63,710 nt of DNA from Octopus bimaculoides. Taxonomy: Eukaryota. Below the pieces are notes generated by a model, which did not search any database, had not been told where the DNA came from, and was given only the letters and a program-made list of their open reading frames with translations. The DNA lies in assembly GCF_001194135.2 (NCBI RefSeq), contig NC_068996.1, forward strand, positions 23,959,863 through 24,023,572, read 5' to 3'. A program made the position numbers and the translations under genes. Below are positions 13,270 through 24,306 of this stretch, in pieces (within the stretch, counting starts at the first letter, position 1; each line of letters begins with the position of its first letter).

Positions 13270-13500
13270 AACCCAACGATCACTGGAGAGTTTGCCGAAA
13301 ATCAGGGTTTTATATAACTGTTCATACACGAATCCACGTGAAAGACTTCTTCAACGAAGTTCAGAATTCGTATATGGACAGTAATTTTTAACCAATGAGA
13401 AATCCATAATTTCTCATGTTTGGGCAAACGAACTTACATTCTCTCTCCGCCTCTTATGCCATGTTCAATAGTTCTTTGTAAATTTCTTTGTTTCATCAAA
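13270..13500 (-). promoter_or_regulatory. CpG-undepleted unique patch; possible promoter or first exon
   Basis: Eight CpGs in about 190 bp, E-box CACGTG, CCAAT, and a minus-strand GTAAGT donor near 13433-13438. Confidence 0.3.
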
Positions 13501-13892
13501 TCACATCTTTCTAATTTCAATACATTTTTTAAATAGCATATCTTAATACAGTATACTGTATTACAAACTACAAAACTACAGAATTCACCCTTTTTAAAAT
13601 TGCTCCACTATCTTTTGAAGCTAACTGATATCTCACAACTTTAGTGTATTAAACACAACAGCTCAACCTCTTCAAAAAAGCCTACAAAGGACGTCATAGG
13701 TGAAGAGACTGCACATTTAAAATTATTTACAATGCAAGATGAAAAAAGGCAAGAATAAATACTAGGACTACAAACTTAAGCCAATACCTCTATGACCACC
13801 ATCTCAGAAAGTTCAACATCAATTTCTTACATGAGTGAATTACAATTGTTAATTATATCGAGAAATATGTATGAAATATACACCATCTAGTA

Positions 13893-14165
13893 GTGTCATG
13901 GCTCTTGTACGGGTGGCACATAAAATACACCATTTTGAGCGTGGTCATTGCCAGTACCGCCTGACTGGCCTTCGTGCGGGTGACACGTAAAAGCACCCAC
14001 TACACTCTCTGAGTGGTTGGCATTAGGAAGGGCATCCAGCTGTAGAAACTCTGCCAAATCAGATTGGAGCCTGGTGTTGCCATCCGGTTTCACCAGTCCT
14101 CAGTCAAATCATCCAACCCATGCTAGCATGGAAAGCGGACGTTAAACGATGATGATGATGATGAT
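13893..14165 (+). mobile_element. Family E copy (young)
   Basis: Near-identical to 53796-54055 (reverse complement). The MKPDG..LQSDLAEFLQLDALP ORFs at 13896 and 53868 are its antisense reading. Confidence 0.85.
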
Positions 14166-15949
14166 GTAGATATTTAAATCCATTTTTATTATAAACACAT
14201 AGATACATATGTGTATGTGTGTACATCTATGTGAATGTTAACGGCCTATGCTGAGTTATAGTTACAGACAATAACATCATCATTTGCAGCTCAGCTACAA
14301 ATGATGATATTGCTATTTACAGCTGGGTTGTGACCAGTGGCTTTTATTGACATTCCTTGTTAGCTAATCATCAGCCAGCCCTGCATTTTTGAATTTCTTT
14401 CTACTAGAGAATCCTTTACTTGATAAACAGTTGAGGGTTGATGACAGAAAGATCATCTGACACAAAAATCCTGCCTCAGTTACCAGTCCTTTAAGCCATG
14501 CAAGCAATGGAAAAAATGAGATTTTAAATTAAATGAAGTGGTAGTGAAAGTGGCAGTGGTAATTATTTTGCTAGGATAGCTATTTTAACAAATGATGATG
14601 ATAGCTCCAAGGACATGTGCATAATATATGAAATAATTTAAGATTTATTAATTTAGCTCTTATTTTGTTGATATCAAAAGTTCAGTAATGATTGAGCAGA
14701 AAATACCCTAAAATGGGCATGTTTATTCAAATGTTTATCATATTTACTTGCAGTCAGTTTATTGTGAAAATTAGCATTATTATTCTTTACTTGTTTCATT
14801 CATTTGACTGTGGCTATGCTGAACAAATCGACACCAGGATTTATTCTATCAGCCTCTTATGCCAAACCACTAAGTTATGGAGATGTAAACACACCAACAT
14901 CAGTTGTCAACCAACTGACGGACAAACACTCATCCACACACACAATGAGCTTATTTCAGTTTCTGTCTACCATATCCACTTACAAGGCTTTGGTTGGCCA
15001 GAGGCAATAGCAGATGTTTGCCTAAGGTGCCACACAGAGGTTAGGAAGAAAACTTCTTACCATACAGTGCCACACCTGCAGAAACAGCTTCAGTTTCTTC
15101 TTTTTTTTTTTTAATGTAAATAGTCATTTGTGCTAAAAGTCATGTTGTGCATATGTGTTTGCTAGTTAATCACATAATAATTATCGAAATACATACACTC
15201 AAGAAAGATGGTGGAAACAAAGATGTTGGTAATAAATGCAATTATTAATAAAATATGGATACAGAAATATCACAAAATAACAACAGCAAAAAATTCTTAA
15301 AAATGTATGGGTAAGCTGAGTTATTCTCTTCAGAAACAAAACTCTGAAAGCAGCAAAAATCCAACAACATAAGCAGTAATATTAACAGACAGCATTAGAG
15401 ACTGTAAACAAATAAAGGAAAGAATTACAGTTTTCTACTTTACAGTAGCAAGTACACAACTTCCTTTAACTCTTCAGCATTTAAACTATATCTGGCCACT
15501 CACACCGACCCTACAATGTCATTGCAAAAAAAATAAGTAATCATATCATCAAAATCTCAAAGCTATGAGGCAATAAATGATTAATTTAAAACAATATGAA
15601 TAAATAAGCATTTGACAGGGTTCAGGCAGAAACAAGACTGACAGATGCATGTGCTGTCAGGTAAATTCATGTCATGTGATAACAGGTAATTGTAAGCACA
15701 CCTGCATTTGTTTACTTTATGTTCATTTTCCCATGAGAGCCCGATGCTCTCCCTATTGCTAACCCTTACCTATCCACCTCCCTCAAGCTACAGACAATTT
15801 GTTAGCAACAAATATCAGTAAATTTATTTTATTTTATTTTTGCAGCAGGGAAGACACAAGTTAGCCATTCAGAAACATACGATGATTGTTATATTCAGTT
15901 AAACATTTATAAGTAATACAGTGTCAACATTTTCATTGCTTGAAACTGC

Positions 15950-16727
15950 AACCTGTGCACTGATAACAAAATTCTGTTGCATTTATATATTTTTAATTTC
16001 ATGCATGTGCATTGTTTGTTTTTGATTTTCTCAACTACATAGTATGGTAGGGTCAGTTGGGCACCGTCCATGAGAAAACCAGCACCATGACGCAATTCTC
16101 TCTGCCAGAAATTTGGAAACGACATGCTGTACTACTTGGCATTCACACTGGAAGCTTCAATACGGGCATTTCAGAGTGTTTGGGTGTCAATCTGAGGACA
16201 TATACTGAGAATGATAAAAATCAAACATCCAGTCAATATCATGGTGTTTGGAGTGATCACTAGTGATGGCGACATTATGCCTCTGTTCATCTTCCCACAC
16301 GGCCTCAGCACCATGCTACACAAGCAGGAGAACCTAGTCATGGCTGTCAGACAATTTCTGTGACCACATCACCCCTAACATCTGGCCACCTAACACCCCA
16401 CACTGCAACCCCTTGATTATTATGTGTGGGGAGCAGTTGATCAAGAGACCAACAAAACTCCTTGTAACATCAACGATGAACTGAAGGCAAGGATTATGGC
16501 AGCATTCACCAACTTAAACAAAGAGTCCGCCCAGAAGAATTACAGGAGATTCCAAAGTCGTCTGGAAGCCATAGTTGAAGCCAATAACGATTTTATTGAA
16601 TAAATTTACTCATTAGTATTTCAAGATACTTTTATGTAATTTTGATACATATATCTGGTAAAATGAGATGTTAGTGTTATTTTCATTTTTGCATAATTTA
16701 GACAACAGTTTATTCACCACACCCTAT
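15950..16727 (+). mobile_element. Tc1/mariner (maT/DD37D-like) transposon relic, internally deleted
   Basis: Frameshifted peptides KHPVNIMVFGVITSDGDIMPLFIFPHG and WPPNTPHCNP(L)DYYVWGAV...RRFQSRLEAIVEANNDFIE* (stop at 16601-16603). TIR-like end TTTATTCACCACACCCTA. Confidence 0.85.
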
Positions 16728-16813
16728 GAGTGTGTGTGTGTGTGCATATATATATATATATATATATAAAATTTTCAGAATGAGATAAAAATCCAAGGCT
16801 GTGAATAGTTTTC

Positions 16814-16906
16814 AGAACATTTATAAATAGAAGGTCTTACAGCTGTTTCCGGGATATATAAAATATCCCAGAAACAGCTGTAAGACCTTCTATTTATAAA
16901 TGTTCT
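16814..16906. repeat. Near-perfect palindrome, Penelope-derived
   Basis: 44-bp arms with one mismatch and a 5-nt loop; contains GAAACAGCTGTAAGAC, as at 9727-9742. Confidence 0.9.
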
Positions 16907-17408
16907 AAAATATTTCACATCTTATACATACATGCTAATTCAGAATTTGATAAAGCAATATTCATGTAAGAGATTGTTAAAAACAATCCCTATCCTAACT
17001 GTGTTTAACCAAATATATTGATAGGAAGATCATCATTAATATATGTGCATAAAGAAATCATAAAATTAAAAATTCAATAAAAGAAAATGGAGAAGAAAAA
17101 TTAAAAAGATGCTTGGTTTGTTTTGTTTGTATTACAATTGGAAATGTAATGCAAAGGAAAAGATGGAAGAATACACCCATAAGAGTATAGAAGGAACCAA
17201 TAAAATAACTCTATAATATCCCCATCCCACAAAAAAAAATATGCGACATACGTATATATCTTTCAATATAACAATATCTAAGAATAATGAATAATTATAA
17301 CTTTAAAAGATGCAATAATCTGTATATTGTTAAATCTATTCAGGAAAAATAAGTGTATTTTATGTGTATGTGTGGATATATATATATATATGTATATAAT
17401 ATATATAT

Positions 17409-17770
17409 ACTCTTTTACTTGTTTCACTCATGTGACTGTGGCCATGCTGGAACACCACCTTTAGTCGAGCAAATCGACCCCAGGACTTATTCTTTGTAAT
17501 CCTAGTACTTATTCTATCATTCTCTTTTGCCGAATCGCTAAGTTACTGGGACCTAAACACACCAGCATCGGTTGTCAAGCGATGGTGGCGGGACACACAC
17601 AAACATACATATATACGACGGGCTTCTTTCAGTTTCCGTCTACCAAATCCACTCACAAGGCTTTGGTCGGCCCGAGGCTATAGTAGAAGACACTTGCCCA
17701 AGGTGCCACTCAGTGGGACTGAACCCGGAACCATGTGATTGGTAAGCAAGCTACTTACCACACAGCCACG
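17409..17770 (-). mobile_element. SINE family A (young)
   Basis: CpG-retaining copy; reverse complement of 19007-19318. Confidence 0.85.
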
Positions 17771-17812
17771 TTTATATATATATATTTTTAGGAAGTTTAT
17801 TGTTATGCCTAG

Positions 17813-17886
17813 TTGGTTTTTCACCTATAAAGCACTTAGCTGTATAAGTGACTTGTAGGCTAAGCACTTTATAGGTGTGTAACCAA
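17813..17886 (-). ncRNA. Candidate pre-miRNA hairpin
   Basis: On the minus strand, a 19-bp stem fully paired (17 Watson-Crick plus 2 G-U), 18-nt loop, 3x3 internal loop and 6-bp lower stem. No other copy seen in the window. Confidence 0.45.
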
Positions 17887-17989
17887 TGGTCACTCTCTGA
17901 CTGGTCACAGCAATAACCTTCCCAAAAAATATATTGCTGCTCTAATGTATTAGAATGTGTTTCTTTTTCAGATATATAAACTACTGATG

Positions 17990-18028
<39 letters not shown>

Positions 18029-19006
18029 TGCTTCCAATCAGTCTATTAATTATACTAGTGCACAATTATAATTACGTTGAATACAGAGTAATATTATATA
18101 AAACGATTTATTCATATTCTTACAGCATGAACCACAGCTGTTTGGGCAAAAATAAAGGAAGGTTCCACTAACCATCGTTATTAGAGTAGAAGATATATTT
18201 CAGAAACTGAATTGTGTCAATTTATGAATGGTTTTGGCAGAGCTGGAGGGTTAGGGAAGTAGTAAGTGGAAGGTGTTGAAGTGAAGGAGCTAAGTAGGAA
18301 GCAAGCTAGTGAGAGAGAAGAGGAGAAAGAGAAAGAAAGAGAGAGCAAGGGACAGATAAAGGGAGGAAGAAGCATATAAGAGAGTAAGATGTATGTCTGG
18401 AGTGAAGTTGAGAAAGAGTGGGAGGTGTAGGAGGAGTGTCATTGATAGCAAGGCTGGAGGACAGGGAGGAAAGACTAAGATAAGGGTGGTGGTGGTGGTG
18501 GGGAATAAAGGAAGGTGATTTGGTAAAGTTGATGGATATGTGAAAGTGTATGTGTTGTGTTGGGTAGTGGGTAGAAATGGGTGTGTAAGCTGTGAGAGAA
18601 AAGATGTTTGGGGGTACAAGAGACCAGTATTTTGATACAAATGTAAACACCAATGATAATAATAGAAACAGGTGAAAAACAGAGGTTTGGAATGATGAAC
18701 CTTTAGAAATGATGTGAGTGTAAACGCACACACATATTGTAGTATAGGTCCTAATAAAGTAGAAAATTGGTGTATTTCCAATGCAGTTATTAACACTATA
18801 TATAAAAATATATACACAGGGAGTGAGACAGCTGGAGACTTCAGTCACATTCTTATCCACATAGCCATTTCATTTCTGTTTCACTAACTAAGACTGACCA
18901 ATGCCTTGTGGGTGAAATAAGTTGAGAAAAAATAAGTGTATGCGTCCTTTTAAGTGTTTTAGTTGACGTTCAACTTTTATATATATATATACATATACAT
19001 ATATAT

Positions 19007-19318
19007 AGGCGCAGGAATGGCTGTGTGGTAAGTAGCTTGCTTACCAACCACATGGTTCCGGGTTCAGTCTCACTGCGTGGCACCTTGGGCAAGTGTCTTC
19101 TACTATAGCTTTGGGCTGACCAAAGCCTTGTGAGTGGATTTGGTAGACGGAAACTGAAAGAAGCTCGTCGTATATATGTATGTGTGTATGTGTGTTTGTG
19201 TGTCTGTGTGTCTGTGTTTACGTCCCCGTAACTTAGCGGTTCAGCAAAAAGAGACCGATAGAATAAGTACTAGGCTTACAAAGAATAAGTCCCGGGGTCG
19301 ATTTTCCCGATTAAAGGA
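19007..19318 (+). mobile_element. SINE family A (young), followed by an inverted fragment to 19385
   Basis: Full tRNA head AGGCGCAGGAATGGCTGTGTGG...GGTTCAGTC. Confidence 0.85.
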
Positions 19319-19569
19319 GTTATTCTTTGTAAGAACCGCTAAATTTCGGTGATGTAAACACACCAGTATCGGTTGTCAAGCGATTCATTCACATTCATGT
19401 ATGCTATATGTATATGTGTGTTTGTAAGCTTGTACGCGCTACGAGTGTGTGAGCAAACTTTTGTATGTACATGTAAGACAGTAGTGTAGAGAAGTGCCGA
19501 ACTCTGTGGAGGGAACGTGTGGAAGTGGTAGACCCAGGAAGACATTGGATGAAGTGGTGAAGTGTGATC

Positions 19570-19850
19570 TTCAAACATTAGCCTCATGGAAGAGATGACA
19601 AGTGACTGATATGCTGTACTTGAGAAGACTCATCAAGCCAAGTGAAATCATAGTTGTGGCTGGTACCAGTGCCAAGTTAAAAGCACCAATTACACTCTTA
19701 GAGTAGTTGAGGTTAGGAAGGGCATCCAGCCGTAGAAACCATGCCAAACCAGACTGAAACTTAGTGCAGCTCTCCGGCCTGCCAGTTCCAGTCAAACTGT
19801 CTAACCCATGCCAGTATGGAAAGTAGATGCTAAATGGTGATGATTATGAC
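19570..19850 (+). mobile_element. Family E-related copy, longer and diverged
   Basis: GGAAGGGCATCCAGCCGTAGAAACCATGCC...AACCCATGCCAGTATGGAAAG blocks. Similar copies at 25665-25830(-), 31075-31310(-), 32085-32335(+), 56880-57100(-). Confidence 0.7.
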
Positions 19851-20016
19851 ACAAGCAATCATGTATATTTACATCTATGCATATACATGCATATGTACCA
19901 TTATGTGTTAGTCTGTTTGATTCCATGTCTCCATTTAAACACATAATTTCTTCAAATTACGACAAACGTAAATAAACAAGCGAAGCTTGCTTTTAGAAGC
20001 GTTGAGATGTCTTTTT

Positions 20017-20278
20017 TAGAAAGTTAAAGAAGTGATGTTTAAATTCTCAATCGCAGAATAATGCTAATAATATAGCCTGAACAGGATAAACTATCCCTAT
20101 TTTGCAGAGAAAAGTGTAGGTGACTAGTCACCTACACTTTTCTCTGCAAAATAGGGATAGTTTATCCTTAGTCACCTACACTTTTCTCTGCAAAATAGGG
20201 ATAGTTTATCCTGTTCAGGCTATATTATTAGCATTATTCTGCGATTGAGAATTTAAACATCACTTCTTTAACTTTCTA
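20017..20278. repeat. Spacerless perfect palindrome (109-bp arms) with a 44-bp tandem duplication in the right arm
   Basis: Centre GGTGACT|AGTCACC at 20125/20126; duplicated unit 20125-20168 equals 20169-20212. Confidence 0.95.
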
Positions 20279-20403
20279 TAAAAAAAAAAAAACATAATTT
20301 CTTATCTGTGAGTACAGGTAGAGCATCAATTTTCTTGAACCTTTGCTTTCAAAACCTAACCCTAACCCTGATTTTTCTGAACCAAGGGTAGTCACACACT
20401 AAA

Positions 20404-20636
20404 TTAACCCTTTAGCCTTCAGAATTCTCAGCCAAATGTAATGTTTATTAATTCATACTGCTTTGAATTAATCATGTATATCTCATAGCTTTGGGATTTC
20501 AATAATATGGTTGTTTACTTTTAAAATAACATTGTAGGGTAGGTGGGAGAGGCTTGATCTGGTTGGTTTCAACATAAAACTGGTAGAATATTTGTATTTG
20601 GGCTGAATACAGCTAGTTTGAATGTTAAAGAATTAA
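20404..20636 (+). mobile_element. MITE family F
   Basis: TTAACCCTTTAGC ... ATGTTAAAGAATTAA. Confidence 0.7.
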
Positions 20637-21345
20637 ACAATTATTGGCTTCAAATTTTGGCACAAGGCCAGCAATTTCAGGGAAGAGAAAGCCAATTACA
20701 TTGACTCCAGTGCTCAACAGATTTTTATTTTATCAATCCCAAAAGGGATGAAAGACAAAGTTGCCTTTAGCAAAATTTGAACTCAGAATATAAAGATGAA
20801 TGAAATGTTGTACTTGTCCATTAGTATAAATGATAGAAGTTTAATCTAAAGTATTAATATACTGACAAGTAATATTCATAGCCACTTCAACAATGGACTG
20901 TACTGTGATTTTTTAACCCCAAGAGGACATCTCCTCTAACTGGTTAATGTATGCAGAGCTACATCCAATAAATTGCGATAAATTAATACACTGTAATGTG
21001 CAAAGTATTAACTCTGCAAATTACCAGTAAACAAGTCTGGCAGACCTGAGAATTTGTAGTTCCTGCTCTTAAATTAGTGTGGATTATAAGAAGTTCCAAA
21101 CCATCAGTGTCCAGAAAGTCAGTGTTGTACCAGTGTGTGTGTTTGCATGGCTGAAATCTTAACATAGTTCATGTGGGTGAAGCCATCACCACACACCACC
21201 ATCAACACTGATCCTATGCACTCCACCTTCTTTACTCTTGACACAAACCCCATCAAAGAAATTTCTGTCAACTCACATACTCACTGTTTTTGAATGAAGG
21301 AAAAAAAAAAAAAAAAAAGAAATTCACTTTCACTGACCACCATAC

Positions 21346-21422
21346 CTAAATGACCCTAATTGACCTTCAAGTAAGAAATACTTCAACCAAATAATTCTTC
21401 TAGTCTGCCACTCCTTGAACTC
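21346..21422 (-). CDS. Candidate exon (EFKEWQTRRIIWLKYFLLEGQLGSF), unknown protein
   Basis: tactttag acceptor and AG|gtatgg donor. Only phase 0 is open, and it joins 22280-22314 in frame. Confidence 0.3.
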
Positions 21423-21664
21423 CTAAAGTATTTTCTTTTCTTCCTATTTTTAATCATTTTCTCTCATCTTCACATTTCTATTAATAACCAAATTACCATT
21501 CTGAGATTTTTACCATAAATACTAACCATATCAACATTTTAAAAACTGAATTTTTTTTAAACGAAATTAAATACAATAATACCTCACTTTATGAGGACCT
21601 GCTTTACGAGACCTCAGTTTCACAAGTTTTATTTTATAATAAATATAAAAAGGTTAAAACAACC

Positions 21665-21711
<47 letters not shown>

Positions 21712-21888
21712 CAACACTGGTCCTGCCGTATCTACACAGTGATAGAGTAAGATGACAGCATAAAATTTCATTGCTACCATGGGAAATCATTGCTCTGCTT
21801 TGAGAGTTTTCACTTTACAAGTGGTCTCCAAGAACAAATTAACTAGTATATTGAAGCATTGCTGTATAACACAAAAAATAAATTGGTA

Positions 21889-22106
21889 TTAACCTTTTTC
21901 TGTTAAACTGCACTCTCATTGTTTCAATTAATTTTGAAAATAATGAAGATTTTAGTAAAATAACTTTGTCATTATGAAGTTGATGTTTAGAACATAAATT
22001 ATCATGAAATTTTGATGGAAGATTTTAATTTAGATCACTATAAAACAAGAAGATTTTGTATGAGAACCAAGAGCTGTTTCAAGCAGGTTAGTGTCAAAAG
22101 GGTTTT
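21889..22106 (+). mobile_element. TTAA-ended MITE family G
   Basis: Matches 45203-45417 and 49967-50201. Fragments also at 3165-3305, 23985-24285, 51540-51920, 55890-56070, 59870-60035. Confidence 0.7.
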
Positions 22107-22279
22107 TAAAAAATCTATTTGTACACAAGTTATTTCCCCAATACAATTGCTAACAACTGCAAAAATTCACAAGATGCTTCAGCAAAGAATCAGACCTCTC
22201 TTAGAACCAATATTCAGACGAAAATAAAAAAGAAAACCAACATAAATTCCAGGTAAATCAATCACTACAATATACATAC

Positions 22280-22314
22280 TTTCTTTATGAAGATTGTTAG
22301 AGAACAAGAGACCT
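22280..22314 (-). CDS. Candidate 35-nt exon (xVSCSLTIFIKK)
   Basis: Poly-T + TAG acceptor and gtatgt donor; phase 1 to 0 is open. Confidence 0.35.
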
Positions 22315-22532
22315 CTAAAAAAAAATTTTTTTTTTTTAAGTCTTCAACATGATTCATCGCAAAAAATTTAACCCTTTAGCATTTGAATAGGCCACATCAG
22401 GGCCAAATGTTCTACCTATTTTGTGTTTAAACTGACCAGGTCACGCCTAATGCATCATCAAAATCTCAAAGCTACAAGATAATGTATGATCAATTCAAAA
22501 CAATGTGAATAAATAAGAATTATATTTGACAG

Positions 22533-22840
22533 GAAGGTGCATGGCTCAGTGGTTAGAGCATCAGGCTCACAATCGTGAGGTAGTGAGTTTGATTCCTGGA
22601 CCAAGCTATTTGTTGTGTTCTTCAGCAAGATACTTTATTTCACATTTCTCCAAGTAACTCAAGTGTAGAAATGAGTTGCAATGTCACTGGTGCCAAGCTG
22701 TATTGGCCTTTGCTTTTCCCTTGGATAACATTGGTGGTACGGAGAGAGTAGGCTGGTATGCATAAGCAACTGTTGGTCTTCCACAAACAACTGTCTGGGC
22801 TTGTGCCTCAGAGGGTAACTTTCCAGGTGCAATCCCAGGG
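22533..22840 (+). mobile_element. SINE family B
   Basis: GCATGGCTCAGTGGTTAGAGC head; body matches 10853-11171. Confidence 0.8.
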
Positions 22841-23080
22841 TTATTTAAAACAAAAGGGTTAATACAAATTCTAAAAATATATGGTGTCCTTGAAAAAAAT
22901 CATAAATGTTATCAATATTCTCCACAAGGTAACAAGGGCCTAAGTATTCTTAGGTGAGATGGACAATTTAAAAAAAAAATTCTTGCAGGAGTACTAGGAG
23001 ATACTATGGTACCTTAACTTTTTGTAGTTGCATTAGTTTATGCTATGAGAATTACCATGGTCCAAAACATACACCTAAAG

Positions 23081-23388
23081 GAGTGGTTCTCAACCAGGGT
23101 CCATATAAGATTTCTGGGGGTCCACAGTAGTATTTTAAGGGCCCCTGAAAAAATTTTGTCTTAGATATATGTATTGGTATGTATTGCAAGAAATAGCTAG
23201 CTTTCTTTCTCTCGTGTTTTACATAGTTCAACTTACACAAGTTAAAGTGTGAAAAACAAAATAGGAATTTTGAAAGCAGTTTCTATAAAACTAGTTTTAA
23301 ACATCAAATGACTATGGGGGTTCACCAGAATAGAATAATAATAATCAGAGGGATCCATAGATAAAAAAAAATGGCTGAGAAGACCCTG
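23081..23388. mobile_element. hAT-type MITE
   Basis: Ends GAGTGGTTCTCAACC ... GGCTGAGAAGACCCTG; 8-bp flanks ACCTAAAG / ACTTAAAG (7 of 8 identical, TSD). Confidence 0.75.
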
Positions 23389-24306
23389 ACTTAAAGTAAT
23401 AACTGGTAGTTTTAGCCGATATTATGTTATTATATTCAGTTGAAGAATTCCATCTGTTGTTGAAAGTGTAAACTGCAGCTGTTTTGACTGATTCACACAT
23501 GAACAACACACACATTAAAAAAAAAAAAAAAAAAAAAAACTGAGCTCATCACTCCCTTAACCTTCTTAGGATACCTGGACTGATTGATCAGCCCAAGTGA
23601 TACAAGCTGAAAGGATTTTGAGGCTGATCCATAGGCCCAATGAAACAAATGTTGTGAATGGTTGATCTTGACGTGTAATACCAATCAGAGACTGTCTTTC
23701 AGTTCATTTTTTTGTTTTTGTTTTTTTCACAGAAACATTTATGCTTATTATTTTATTTACTAACATGTATTGTGCCATTTTAGATTTTCTTATTGTGATA
23801 GATGTATTGTACTGTTTGTAAGCTTTCATAATATATATATATATATATATAGTTTTGGATATTAATAAAGTAGTTTTAGGCACTTTATCCTTTGCTTTCT
23901 ACATGCATCCATCAACTTTGATCTCAATAGAAAAAACATTTTGGTCTTTTTGGCTACACATACCCAAAACACCATGTGCTTTAAAAGGGTTAACCTTTTT
24001 GATACCAATGCACATAAAACTGCATAAAGTTGTATGATACAAACTTCCTGTATAAAAGCAACCTAAGTTAAAAATTAATTGAAACAAAAGTGATGTATTT
24101 CAACAGAAACATGGTAACTAAAGAGTCAAAGTAATTTAAATCAAAACCTTCCATCAAAATTTCATGATAATTTATGCTCTAAACACCAACTTAAGTTTAT
24201 TTTACTCAATTCTTCATTATTTTCAAAATTAATTGAAATAAAGGAAGTATATTTCAACAGAAATAGTTAATGAAAGATTTAATCAATCATCAGCAGGCAT
24301 CATTAC

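Noticed and set aside
13896-14093. Near-identical 65-67-aa ORFs here and at 53868-54071
   Set aside because: Antisense reading of young family E repeats, not a duplicated gene.
15654-15678. CTGTCAGGTAAA..ATGTC resembling miR-8
   Set aside because: The seed UAAUAC is absent and there is no matching star arm.
18290-18860. 175-aa and 184-aa minus ORFs
   Set aside because: Low-complexity pyrimidine-rich diverged repeat; similar stretches occur at 31920-32080, 43330-43650 and 46250-46380.
20354-20369. CCTAACCCTAACCCT telomere-like motif near the large palindrome
   Set aside because: Only about 2.5 units, which is expected by chance or from TE ends.
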